DNA from: Dipteris shenzhenensis | Taxonomy: Eukaryota | Assembly: GCA_047967505.1 (NCBI GenBank) | Contig: CM106538.1 | Length of the DNA: 64,000 bases | Reading direction: 5' to 3' (one strand) | Part shown: in pieces, positions 49,124-60,839 of the stretch | How positions within the stretch are numbered: position 1 is the stretch's first letter | How the letters are laid out: each line of letters starts with the position of its first letter | The notes under the pieces: model-generated | Seen by the model: only the letters and a program-made list of their open reading frames with translations | Told to the model about the DNA's origin: nothing | The model's database searches: none | Made by a program: the position numbers and the translations under genes

Positions 49124-50647
49124 AGAAAGAAAGAAAGAAAGTCTATTAACGTCCACGGAAGACAAAGAAGTCTATGGGACAACATGAGAAACCAACTAGT
49201 ACATCAGCTTTGGGAGGGCACAGGGCAGCTCCCAAGGGGTGCAAAGGCAGCTCCATTTATTTAAAGTACCTACGTGGTAAACCTAGATAAAACATACATA
49301 TATATATATATAGCTGGCCATACATCGGTTTAGGACTGAGAGTCTTTTGGCTTTGATTTAAACTCTTTAATGAGTGCTACTCTTTCACGATAGACTGCCC
49401 ATTTACCGTCCTTTCTGGCAGCCTGAACCTTTGCTAATTCCTTTGCCTTATCCTTTAGTTGACCTTTTGTGAGTTCTTCAACTATCCATATCTTAGTCCC
49501 TTTCAGCTTGTGAGATTGTCGTAGTACTTTTTTACGTATGTCTCGTGAGTTGAATGTAATGATAGCAATGAGCATGACCATTACACCGAGTGATCTGGAC
49601 TACTCAAGCCTCACCATCATCATCAGGATTGTCATCCGTGTCAGCTGTCGAATCAATAGTAGGCATGGCTGCTTTGACATGTGCAAAGGTATCACTGAAT
49701 TATTCATCTTCTTTATGCCATCCATCTGGAAGCCCCCCAAATCTCACTTTCAAAGCATTATCCTTTCTAGCTGCATGTTCTTTCATTTCTTCTTGAATAT
49801 CAACTTTGTTGACCTTTGCATCAAACTCCACAATCACTTCTTGCTTGGCTGTCTGCACTTTAGTTTGAACAAGATTCTTAACTGCAAAGACTAGTTGGGG
49901 TAGGGGGGAAGCATTGCATGACTTTATAACCTCGTCAATGACTTCCTCCTTACCAGGTCCTTCCAAAACTTGGATTCTAGTTATGGCATCTGCCAGCTAC
50001 ATCCACAGCTCTCTCACTTGATCCTGTAAGAAGCAAATCTATTCATGATACCCAATAATGGGTCGGTCAAAAAGACCGCCTTATCCATAGATATGTGCAT
50101 ACGGGGAAGGCGTCCTAGTTGCAACAGTGGCGTATCGGGCTATGCTATTGGAAGTTGCTGGAGTAAAGGGTGATTTTGAAGAGGAGGGTAGGCTAGGCCA
50201 TTCTTTACTGGCCATATCTCTTGTTACCCTTTGGCTGAGCTAACCCCCTAGTTGAGCTGGGGATTACCCAACTAGGGGTTCCTAATTCACGAGCCTACCT
50301 ACAACCCTGCTGGTAACACTGTCTACGAGTGAGGGGGGTGCGGGAGGAGCAGACGGGAGCTACGGGAGGAGCAGGCGGAAGGGCTAATGGAGCTACGAGA
50401 GGAGCAAACATGAGAAATGGGAGAGGAGCAGATGAAGAGCTACTAAAGTGACGGGGCATAAGCGACGGATATCAGATGGAAACAACGGGAAGCAACGGAT
50501 CAGCAATGGGATCAGCGACGACGAGCAACGATTAGCGATGACGGATCAACGAGAGCAACGATGATGGGATCAGCAATGATGACAATGACGGGATCAGCGA
50601 CGACGACCTCGCGACGCGATCAACGATGAGTGATGACGACAGGATCA

Positions 50648-50650
<3 letters not shown>
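49124..50650 (-). mobile_element. ORF1-only non-autonomous non-LTR element, copy 3
   Basis: 5' end abuts (GA)n at 50652-50709; TCGCTGATCCC-type 5' repeats; hairpin 50238-50285; ATG 50215; ORFs 49700-49966 and 49330-49581 (LKVRFGGLPDGW; KLKGTKIWIVEELT..ARKDGKWAVY..KSKPKDSQS*); 3' stem-loop 49150-49181 and (CTTT)n tail. Confidence 0.82.

Positions 50651-50651
<1 letters not shown>

Positions 50652-50709
<58 letters not shown>
50652..50709. repeat. (GA)n microsatellite
   Basis: Direct reading. Confidence 0.95.
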
Positions 50710-50710
<1 letters not shown>

Positions 50711-51699
50711 ATACAGAGACACCCACGGCCACAGAATCATTCCAGGGTCCTTCTCAGATTCGTGGTTATCAACGTCAAGCATGAGCCTCACAAGGGAGCC
50801 AAGGATCACATGTATCTGTTTCTGCATGGTCATCCCGAGGACATCGAGGCAAAGATGAGGTAGAGCAGGAGGAGGAGGCATTCGAAGACACCACGGACTC
50901 AGAGGACTTAGATCAGTTGCGAGCCACAGGTTGGTTCAAGGGTGATACTTCCTCTTCCTCTCAGAGGATGCTGATTCATCTGCTGATCACAGTGATGAGG
51001 CAGCAAATTTTGGAGAGGAGCCAGAAGAGCCCTAGGCTCCCCTAGCTCTAGGGACTAGAGTGTAGGCTGTAGCAGCTAGCTTGTATCTTGCTGCCTATAG
51101 GCCTTCGAGTCTTGGACCTTGGTTTTATATTTTATGTATACAGCTGTCAATATAACATTATGACATCAGACATGTTACATGTATTACGTTTTGTTGACTT
51201 TTGTATCGATGATTGACTCTTGAGTCTTGAGCAACGATCCATGGACCATCTTTCACAATGCGTAACCTTCAAAGTTTAAACTTTAAACTTCAAATGGGCA
51301 TTAAAAATTAAAATTTAAAGTTTAAAGTTTAAACTTGAACTTTGAAGATGAATGAATCGTGATGAAATTTGAATTTTGATTTTGAATTATAAAGCTTACT
51401 GTTTAAAATATGGACCATGGAATATGCATGTACTGTGCAGCATAATGTACTTGCAACCACTAAGATCTATTTCGGGACTCGGATGTAAAATTCTATAGCA
51501 TTTCTAAAAATATCTATAGCCTATTATTATCTGCAGAAGATATAGCCTAGGCCCTACTATCTGCAGAATTTTACATGTAGATGTAAAATTCTGTAAAAAT
51601 ATATGTAAAATACATATTTTAGGCGTTTCTAGTCGAAATGCCTGTACAATTCTAGAAACGTTTCTTGTGACACTGGTCCTATGGAGCACTTTTTCTGAT

Positions 51700-51865
51700 C
51701 CTGTGGAGGGTTTGAGACGGGATGTGGATGCCTTTGTTAGAACATGCATCATCTGCTAGAAGGTCAAGTTTGACTAGCAGAAGACACCTGGATTGTTGCA
51801 GCCATTGCGAATCCGAGGAGAGCATTGCAATGGATTTTATATTTGATCTTCCTAGGACACCTGCT
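51700..51865 (+). pseudogene. Gypsy integrase fragment
   Basis: LRRDVDAFVRTCIIC*KVK...PGLLQPL...IAMDFIFDLPRTP. Confidence 0.7.
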
Positions 51866-52752
51866 CAGCAGGGCAGAAGTTGGGCATTGATGCCTGAGGA
51901 AATGTGGAATGCTCTGAGTTCAGAAGGATTGGTAACCATTGTGTAATCCTATTAAGGGACTTCTAAGTAATAAAGAGATACCGAAAGGGGCGCCAAGGGT
52001 TTGGAGGCAATCTGTGTCCTTGTAATTGAGCAGGAGCACTCTAGCTCCCAATCTGTATTTACTATATTTGCTGAGTATTGTTAATGTGAAAGCATTGGCT
52101 AGCTAGTTAGTCTACTACCACTCTCTTGTTAACCTTGAGACCGGTTTCACTTTTCATCTCAAAAGGTTCACAATCTATGAAATAAGTGGAGTCCTCCAAA
52201 TCTTCCATCATTTTCTGTGACAACAACCTTTTCTAGCTCAATGTAGCATGTTAGTCATAGGCATCACTATCTTGCAACAGAAACAATAGTAGAACCTTGC
52301 CAATCTAAGAGGGAAAACCTTGGCATTGGCCTTTAATGAATTGCAATTATCGCATTTATTTTCCCTTCTTGCAGTAGAAACAACAGTAAAATACTGCCAA
52401 TCTAAGAAAAAAATTATATGGCATTGGCTAATCATAATTGCAATTATCTTTCTCAAGTCCAAACAAGCTCAAAACAAAAATCATGTCTTGAACTAGTTTT
52501 CCCTATTCACAAGAAATCCATTATTCCATTAAAAACAGACCAACCTTTATTTTTCCTTATTTGATGAGCATGTTGTTCATCCGAACATTTGAATATAATC
52601 AAATAATGAAAAAACCAAGGGGCAATGACATACATGCAGCTTGCTCACCTGAATGATGCTCAATTAAAATCACTATATCCTATTCATGCATGAAATATGT
52701 TCCACCAGTTTAGTAGTTTCATCGTTTGATATGCAACAAAAAGACTACAAAC

Positions 52753-52835
52753 CTCATATCGCAAGCGTTCTGGCCATGGTTCTGCAAAAGCCCTCTTGAA
52801 ACCTCCTTTTATGTCCTCTGTAGACAAGTTTACAC
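52753..52835 (-). CDS. Host HAD-like hydrolase exon: (G)VNLSTEDIKGGFKRAFAEPWPERLRYE
   Basis: TATAG acceptor and GTTTGT donor; ends in phase 0 and joins GDGKPFW at 34898, giving the family-like sequence PWPE.LRY.GDG.PFW. Confidence 0.9.
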
Positions 52836-53574
52836 CTATAACAAGACAAGTCTCAGTATCCATAAACTACACTAAGTAAGAACTTTGCATTCTCTTAATA
52901 ATTCGTATGTCTTCCACAAGAAAAGGAAGAATCACCCCAAGAATTCTTGAAGATAAAACAGTCCATGAAGACATCCAGCATACAAACTTCTCGGCACATA
53001 AGCGATGATTGGCAAAGCTATATTGTATATGCTGTCACAAAGATTGTGTCAAGTATACAAAAATCTGTAGGGAACTCGACTAAATTCCAAGAAAATATGA
53101 CGATAAATATGTCGCTATCTACTATTTGGCCATTACCGTTTTCCACTGAGTTAAAGCTTTATGAAGTCTTTTTCACAACCATATGGCTAGCCATGGGTGA
53201 GGAATGCATGTCATAAAAAAGGAACTTCAGTTATGTAATGTTGTGGACTAAGAAAGTAATGCCCTAAACCATAACAGCCCATTGTTCAAATTAGACTAGG
53301 ACGATTTTGACACCCCCCCCAAAAAAAAAGATCGTTCAAACCGATCAGTCCACAAGTCTGAAGATACTATTGCTGTATCTGAATGCTACATGCACTCTTA
53401 TTGCGTGTATATGATCCTTGTAGACAAAAGAGAGTAAATCATGTGCATGCCTAACTCCTAGGTCGAGGGTCATCTGGCAGTGCAATGATAGGCCATGTGC
53501 GGGACATCCAGGTGTCGAGAGACATGATCCCATTAAAAGCATGTTCATGGATATATGAGCTCGGATATACCATT

Positions 53575-54920
53575 AGGCAGATGGGAGAGCACTTCCATCA
53601 ACTTTACAGCTGATCAACCTACGATGGAAGGTGGATATCATAATATCCTTGTGGTGGTTGACTGATTTACCAAGATGGCTCATTTTATTCCAACTAGGGA
53701 GTCTTTTAGTGCCCCGAAAGTTGCAGATTGGTCCATTAATCATATATTATGTGTGCATGGAAAACATAGACCTTAGTGCTAGACAAGGATACTAGACTTA
53801 CCAGTTGTTTTTGGACTGTAGTGTTTGATGCACTGAGGACTAAGTTGGGAATGAGTAGTGGGGATTGCCGGGAGATGAATGGGTTGTGGAACAAGAGGTT
53901 ACCATTGTTGCATTTTACCAGAAAACATTCCTCTACAGGAATGAGACCATTTGAGTTGAACTAAGGCTTTAGACTAGCAAATCCAACTACAGTTGGGAAT
54001 TGCCTAGTGCGACAAACTATGTTGTTCAGATGAGTAGATGCGAGCACTTGTGAGAGCTAATATCCACCAAGCTATGGATAGGGCTAAGACATATGCCGAT
54101 GAACATATATATTTTAGAGAGTTTAAGAAAAGTTTTTCTCACTATTCCCTCACACTTCAAGTCTTTGACTACAAGAGAGTATGTTAAGTTATCACCCTGA
54201 TATTGTGGGGCTGTGGTTAGTTCTAAAAAGAATAGGAGAGGCAGCCTATAGGTTGGAATTACCACGGTTGTAAGGCATAGTTACCACGGAAAGGCGTTCC
54301 GACATCTAGAATGCTGTTCCAGAACCAGAACGGGCCCGAAAAGTCCCCAACATTTTATTTACTTATTTTGCTCTTTGAAAGTTTCAGCTGGGTATTTTAG
54401 AGCTTATATAGAAAGTTCAAAGCTGTAAAATGTTAGTTTCCTTCATTTTCTAGCATAGTATCATGTCATATGATGAAGTGTTGTGTATGATGTGGCATTC
54501 TAGTTCTCGTTCCCCCGTTCCCCCTTCCCGGAAAGTTCCCGTTCCGACACCCGGAGGCAATCTTTCTGGATTCGCTCCGCCTTACGGCTAACTTTCGAAA
54601 CGTTCCCGTTCCCTGGTAACTATGTTGTAAGGCGCACCCAGTGTTTCATGTTTCTCCTTTAAAATAGTTTTGGCACCCAAATGACTCACTAATCAAGGGT
54701 ATTGTTTTGTTTCAGGCGATAGAGGATAATGAGGCGCAAACCAACAAGAATCCTAGACCGAGGAACAATGCAAGTACGTAATCAGAAGATACCCACGGTA
54801 TTGGTTGCATTGCATGGTTTGCCAATATCAGAGGCAACTTGGGAATCTGTATACTACATGCAGAGAGCACACCTGTTAGAAATGAAATCCCTACAGAGGG
54901 TATCCCATGGAGCAGAAGAC
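53575..54920 (+). pseudogene. Degenerate gypsy A-family integrase-chromodomain fragment
   Basis: Homologous to 17030-18050 (ILVVVD..TKMAHFIPTRES; ILDRGTMQVRNQKIPTVLVALHGLPISEATWESV). Confidence 0.8.
54276..54624. mobile_element. hAT-type MITE, 349 bp
   Basis: TIRs CATAGTTACCACGGAA / TTCCCTGGTAACTATG (15 of 16 match); 8-bp TSD TTGTAAGG at 54268-54275 and 54625-54632; subterminal CGTTCC repeats; AT-rich non-coding core. Confidence 0.93.
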
Positions 54921-56572
54921 TGATAGAGCGTCCCAAGGAATTACACGCGGAAAAATCAAACTTCTTTACTTGTAATGTACTTCACAACCATAGATGTCTG
55001 TGCAAGCTAGAAAATAGATAGAGATCCAAGAGAGATATAGCACCAACAAAAGTATATTTCCATCCAAAAATGGATACAATAAACAAGGGGCCTCAGTCCC
55101 ACCAAACCATGGTCCTCAGTCCTTACCAAAATCTATGCTACTATCACCTTGGCTGTAAAACACTGATGAATGTGCTTTCTCTCTCGTAGAAAATTTACTG
55201 CAAACACTCTCTCTCTCCCTCTCTTTGCAAACACACTACGGCCCAGGACAATCGTTAGGCTGGACCCCCCCAAAGGTTTTTATTACTTGAGAGAAAACTG
55301 AGTACATGAGTTCAGTGTAGAGCTGTTGTTACAAAAATCCAAAACGTGAAGTAATTACATGAGCTCTCAGGCTCTCTTTCTTGGCAACATGCCACTTCCT
55401 AACTAAAAACTAGTTACATGCCACTAAAGGGCAATTTCTGGAGTCCTCGAAGCACTTGGTCACGCGAACGTCCTCCTAGATGCTTGTCAGGCTCCATAGC
55501 ACTTGGTTTTTCAGTTTTGTTTTATTTGCTTTGCTGCATTGGGCTTGCACCCACTAGACATCAATCCCACTTGATACCTGCAATTAACAACTAAAACCCA
55601 TTAATGGTTAGCGCTTTTGCATGCAATTAGACCATACACTAATCCTAGTCACTTGTGGGCGCTCCCACTGAACAAAACATAAAACACAATTCTTAGCCGA
55701 CCGAGGTCAACCCTCTTGGTAGTAATTAAGGGGCTTGACCATCAGTCAGAGCACCTTAACATTGGCCAAGTCTCTCCAACAGAAGTTACCGCACGTTGGT
55801 TAACGAGGTTAACCCTCTTGGCGTGAGCCAAGTCTCGTTGACCGAAGTTAACACTCTCTGACCGAAGTCAGCACTTTAATTGCTTGGTTAACCGTGGTTA
55901 ACCATCTTGGCCAAAGCCAGATCTTCCTAACTAAGGTTAGGCTTACTTAACCGAGATTAAGTATCTTTGACCAAAGTCAAGACTTTGACCAAATGAAAGT
56001 AACTCTTTGAACATAACTAAATAAAAGAAGAACTCATTAATTATGACCAATAAATGGTCAACTTATGCTTTGACTTTGGAATATTTACAGCCTGGTGACA
56101 TCCCCTCGGCTTCTATTCAGTTGACCTCAACTGAAAAGCTTCTTTGTAAACATCCAAAAGCTGTGGATGACCAAACAACATGCATGTCTTCATCCATCCA
56201 CTTGGCATCGAATGCTGAATAATTATTGAACTTTACAAGATATCTGTAGAATTCCTTGCCTTGAGGGCCTTTGCGTACAGTATGGTACACAATCTACTCT
56301 GGCTGAAGGACCTCCTCTAGCTCATCTACTTTTGGTGGATCCTCTGTTACTGGCTCAATAGGCTCTGGCCCCTCGAATTTCTTTAGAAGACTCACATGAA
56401 AAGCATTGTGAATACTCCAATGCTCTGGCAATGCCAACATGTATGTAACTTCATTTATTTCTTCTGTAACCCTGAAAGGGTCATAGTAGCTGGGAGATAA
56501 CTTTGCATACACTTTCTGTTTACCTTTAAACTTGCAGAGCCTAGCTTTCTCGAACTTCAAAAGTACCCAACC
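54921..56572 (-). mobile_element. 3' end of gypsy chromovirus D (3' LTR 54921-56100, PPT, chromodomain/integrase C-terminus)
   Basis: TGATAG...GTGACA LTR containing degenerate TTGACCGAAGTTAAC repeats; purine tract on the reverse strand at 56101-56110; WVLLKFEKARL..IHNAFHVSLLK..YLVKFNNYSAFDAKWM. Confidence 0.75.
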
Positions 56573-59500
56573 TGTAACCAACCTTTGACCAACAAAGGGT
56601 AGTGTAATTGACTCTATTATCTCACAAATCTGAAATACAGCCAACTTGCACCATTGCCATTGCCCACAAACAAAACTTAGAGCATATAACTTCACAGCAT
56701 AGCATCACTGAACCATTAAGACAAGGGAGGCTAGAATGCAGGGACTCAAAAGCATGAAAAGTGACACCTGTTGGCCCCAACACTTAGTGCCCCTTGCGGT
56801 ATTTATTTAATTACTGGTTAGCTCAAATACAAGGGACTCCCTTCAAGAGCTCACCCGCAGGTGCAACCCAGTACAACACCAACCCGTGGCTGTGCCAGTG
56901 ATCAACTCCCAATGCTATTCTCTTGGTTCCCTTCAATAGCCATGCATAACACAAGTAGAACAACCTGACAACATGCCAAGCAATGCATTCACATATATCC
57001 AAGCCATTACTGAGCACAAGGCTTGCCACTGCACCCCCAGGAAGAGAGTATCACAACCAGTGCCCCAATCCTCTCCCGAGCCAATGGCAAGGCATCCAAC
57101 CTTGCAGAATCTCAATAAGAATGATAGTAGCATAGAGTAGAAAGAGAAGATAAGAATCCAGCCAACAGAAAGAGCCTGTTTCAGCCCAAAAAATCCCCAG
57201 AAGTTGGTTGAACAGCAAACTGCAGACATCAAACTCTGGTAGGAGGGAGCTGCCTATGAGTGACTTCAAGCACCAGAAAAGATCAAGAAAGAGAGGGTTC
57301 AGCAAGCTGAAACAGATCCCCCATGATTGGGCCCACCAGAATGGAGATTCCAGCCCACCAACACCTCAATTCTCAGTGCGCCTTGCACAAGACAGGAGCA
57401 AGAAGAGAGGCGTCCAAGAATATGGGCTCAAATTCAAGAAAGGACGACTTTTGTCGCGAAGAAAGTCGAGAAAATCTCTAGCAACAGAGAGCACCAAGAG
57501 GAGGACAACTGTCGCGAAGAAAGCTCGAAAATCGACTTCAGCCAGCAAGAGGGAGGCTGCAAAAATCCGCCATCTTCAAAATAAGGGACTTCTGGTAGGG
57601 GTGAAGACACAAAACAGCATGGAAAGGAAAGGAAGGGCTCCACGGGCTTCCAGGGGTGACACCTAGGTGCCACAAGGCAAGCAGAGAGGCCACACTAGCT
57701 CCACACACAGACACAAGCAAAATGAGGTGTGGGAATTTAATGCCCTAGGGGGATCAATGACCCTAATGCTTGGGAACCAATGACCCTAGTTTGTAGGATC
57801 TCTAGGGGGTCAATTTTTAAAGGATGATGCCCACTGAACCAAACCATGACCCTAATGCTTGGGAACCGATGACCCTAGTTTGTAGGATCTCTAGGGGGTC
57901 AATTTTTAAAGGATGACCCCACTGAACCAAACCAATGACCTTAGAAATTGAAACCACTCTAATAGCACTAGGAGTTGCACTTATTGCACATGAAATCATA
58001 GGTACCTTTTGGGCATTAACCAAGGCCCCTAGCTTGGTACCCTAGGCTAAATTTAGTGACATTTAGTTTGGACACTTCACCACCACCACCACGTCCTCGT
58101 GACATACCTCCCTCTTGAAACAGCAAACTATCTTGTTTGCTGTCCCAAAATTACAGCAAATAGAAAAGAGTGTCACAATAGGCATAAACAGCCCATAATC
58201 CATAGTACAACATCACATGAAGTACCAAAAATACAATGTACATACAACAGGATTGCAGATCCATCCGTATGGCAGTGTATCAACCAACTGGAGTGTCATG
58301 ATCACTCATCATAGAAGTCTCACGGCAGAAACATTGTCAGCATCAGTGCCTCGGGTGAAACCGTAGTGTCACCAAGCGACCTCTAGATATCCTATGAACC
58401 TGTCTGCACTGTGGGTGCGGAGGTGCTACCCCCCCCCATGAGCATCCGGTAATGCTCCAGACATGTACTCTACTGAACCGGAATGAGCCGCTACCGCAGT
58501 AGACTCAAGACCAAATGCCTCAAGGTAGAGCTGTAAAACATGTGGTGAATCTGCCAATTCACTCTCTTCCATCCAGATCACATCGTTCGCAAGATAATTC
58601 TTGCACTTCACTCGATAGCATCTGGCAACTCTACCATTAACCTTCTGATCCTTATGTGCCACAATCTGCTCAAGAATCAAGACCTCATCTTACTCATTAA
58701 CTTCAGGTTGCTCTTCAACTGGCATATCTTGTGGCACTTCTCCATGAAAAGGCTTCAACAAGCTAACATGGAAAGCATTGTGGATGGTCCACTGCTCAGG
58801 TACCTTCAACCTGTAAGCTACCACATTGATCTTCAACCTGTAAGCTACCACATTGATCTTCTCAAGAACTTGAAAGGGGCCGTAGTACCTCATATTTAGC
58901 TTGGTGTACAGCTTCACCTTCCCTTTCTTGCTCCTGAGTCGTGCCTTAGGAAAACGCAGCAACACCCAATCACCTTCTGTGAAGACCAGGTTCCTACGAT
59001 GCTTATCTGCAGCTCTTTTCTGCTTGTCCTGGCTGCATTGGAGGGCATACTTAACCTTTTCATAGGCTGCCCGCAAGTCCTCCACATACTCATCTGCCAC
59101 AAAAATCTTCTCTTTTGTATGCAAAATAGGAGGAACCTTTCTCACTCCTTCCACTATTTCAAATGGTGCCTTACCCATGCAAGAGTGCACTGTATTGTTG
59201 TATGCATACTCAATCAGCGGCAAATATTGTTCCCACTTTGCTTTGTGCTCAGACACATAACAACGTAGCAAATCCAAAGCTGTAGAACTCTTTTGATTGA
59301 CCATCAGACTATGGATGACAAGAAGATGAAAACAGCAGTGAGGTACCCATGTTATCAAACAAACCTCTCCGGAACATGCTGGTCATCCGTGGATCTCTAT
59401 CGCTCACGATAGACTCAGGCATCCCATGATACTTGAAAACAGACTTCAAGAATTCCTTTGCCATCTACTCGGCTGGAATCTTCTTCCTTACTGGAATGAA

Positions 59501-60490
59501 GTGAGCCATCTTGCTAAATCTACAAATTATAGTCCATATTCCATCATGACCAGAAGGAGTGTGAGGGAGATCAAAAACAAAATCCATAGCGATGCTCTGC
59601 CATGGTCTATCTGGTATAGGCAAAGGCTGAAGTAAACCAGGCTGTTTCTGCCTGCCATGCACCTTTTGACAAGTGATGCATGTCCTGACATAAGCCTCAA
59701 CATCCTTCCGTAGAGAAGGCCAATAAATGTAGTACTCTACTGCTTTGATTGTAGCCTCGATACCCCTATGCCCTGCATACTGTGGGGCATGACTTTCAGT
59801 GAGCACCTTATGCCTCAATGGCTGCGTTACACACAGCTTTTCATTCCAGCCACATGGACAATCTGAAAATGAAAAATGGAAAGGAAGTTTGCCCATCTCA
59901 TGTGCTTCTTTGACATCTTTCTCTGAGTGAGAAAGTATCGCAACGATTGATGATCAGTTTGCACATAAAAATCAGCACCTAAAAGATAGTGCTTCCACAT
60001 AGTAAGAGCATGAATTACAGCTACCAATTCTTGCTCATACACATTCATGTTGTGTTCAGCATCTCGGAGCAGCCTGCTCTCATATGCAACCACTCTGCCT
60101 TCCTGCATAAGCACTCCATCAACACTATTGCCGCTTGCATCGCATTGAAGAACAAAAGGCTTTCACAAGTCCGGAAAAATGATAACACGATTAGAGCATA
60201 GCGTTTCTTTCAGCTCATTGAATGCTGCAATTTCTTTCTTCCCCCAACAAAAAGTCACTGCCTTCTTCTACAAAGCATGTAAGGGTGAAGCTATCTCAGC
60301 AAAATAGCGAATGGAGTGCCTGTAGTATAAACATAAGCCAAGAAAACTATAGACTTCATGTAGGTTCTTCAATGGAGGCCAATTCTTGATTGACTCTATC
60401 TTGGCAGGGTCCATCCTCACTCCATCTCGTGAGATGATGTGTCCCAGGAAATGTATCTCTAGCATGAAGAACTCACTCTTCTTTGTGTTG
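56573..60490 (-). mobile_element. 3' half of gypsy chromovirus E (3' LTR ~56573-58104, PPT, chromodomain, integrase, RNaseH, RT end), apparently inserted in D
   Basis: TGTAAC...GTGACA; PPT reverse complement TACCTCCCTCTTGAA at 58105; ORFs 58426-58680 (chromodomain), 58690-59358, 59465-59896 (HRGIEAT..CITC), 59827-60114, 60268-60498. An ~89-bp tandem duplication lies in the LTR (57757-57935). Confidence 0.8.
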
Positions 60491-60491
60491 A

Positions 60492-60838
60492 CTAGCAAGT
60501 TGTGTATGACTGCCCCTCTTGTACTTGCTGTAAAATCTCACCAAAATCTGCATCATTAGCATATTGCTCCCTCATGTCTTCCAGGTCTTGATGATAAGCA
60601 ACAGTCACATTGTTGACCTGGGATCTTCGGGACAAGGCATCTACCACTCTGTTCCGAACTCCTGGAGTATGGACAATCTGAAAATGGTACATTGACAGCA
60701 TATTTGCCCATTTCATATGCTTCTCGGAGAGCTATGTCTGAGTCAGAAAGTATCTCAAACTTTGGTGATCTGTTTTAATAGTAAAATCCGCACCCAAAAG
60801 ATAATGCTTCCATGTATGGATGGCATGAATTACAGCAG
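60492..60838 (-). pseudogene. Second gypsy RNaseH fragment
   Basis: AVIHAIHTWKHYLLGADF..TDHQSLRYFL; KWANMLSMYHFQIVH..NRVVDALSR. Confidence 0.75.
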
Positions 60839-60839
60839 T

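Noticed and set aside
51268-51348. AT-rich imperfect inverted repeat of AAAGTTTAAACTTT units
   Set aside because: Low complexity, and no TSD or element boundaries could be defined.
57208-57666. Lys/Arg-rich 152-aa ORF
   Set aside because: Lies antisense within the inferred LTR of gypsy E; low-complexity, purine-rich sequence.
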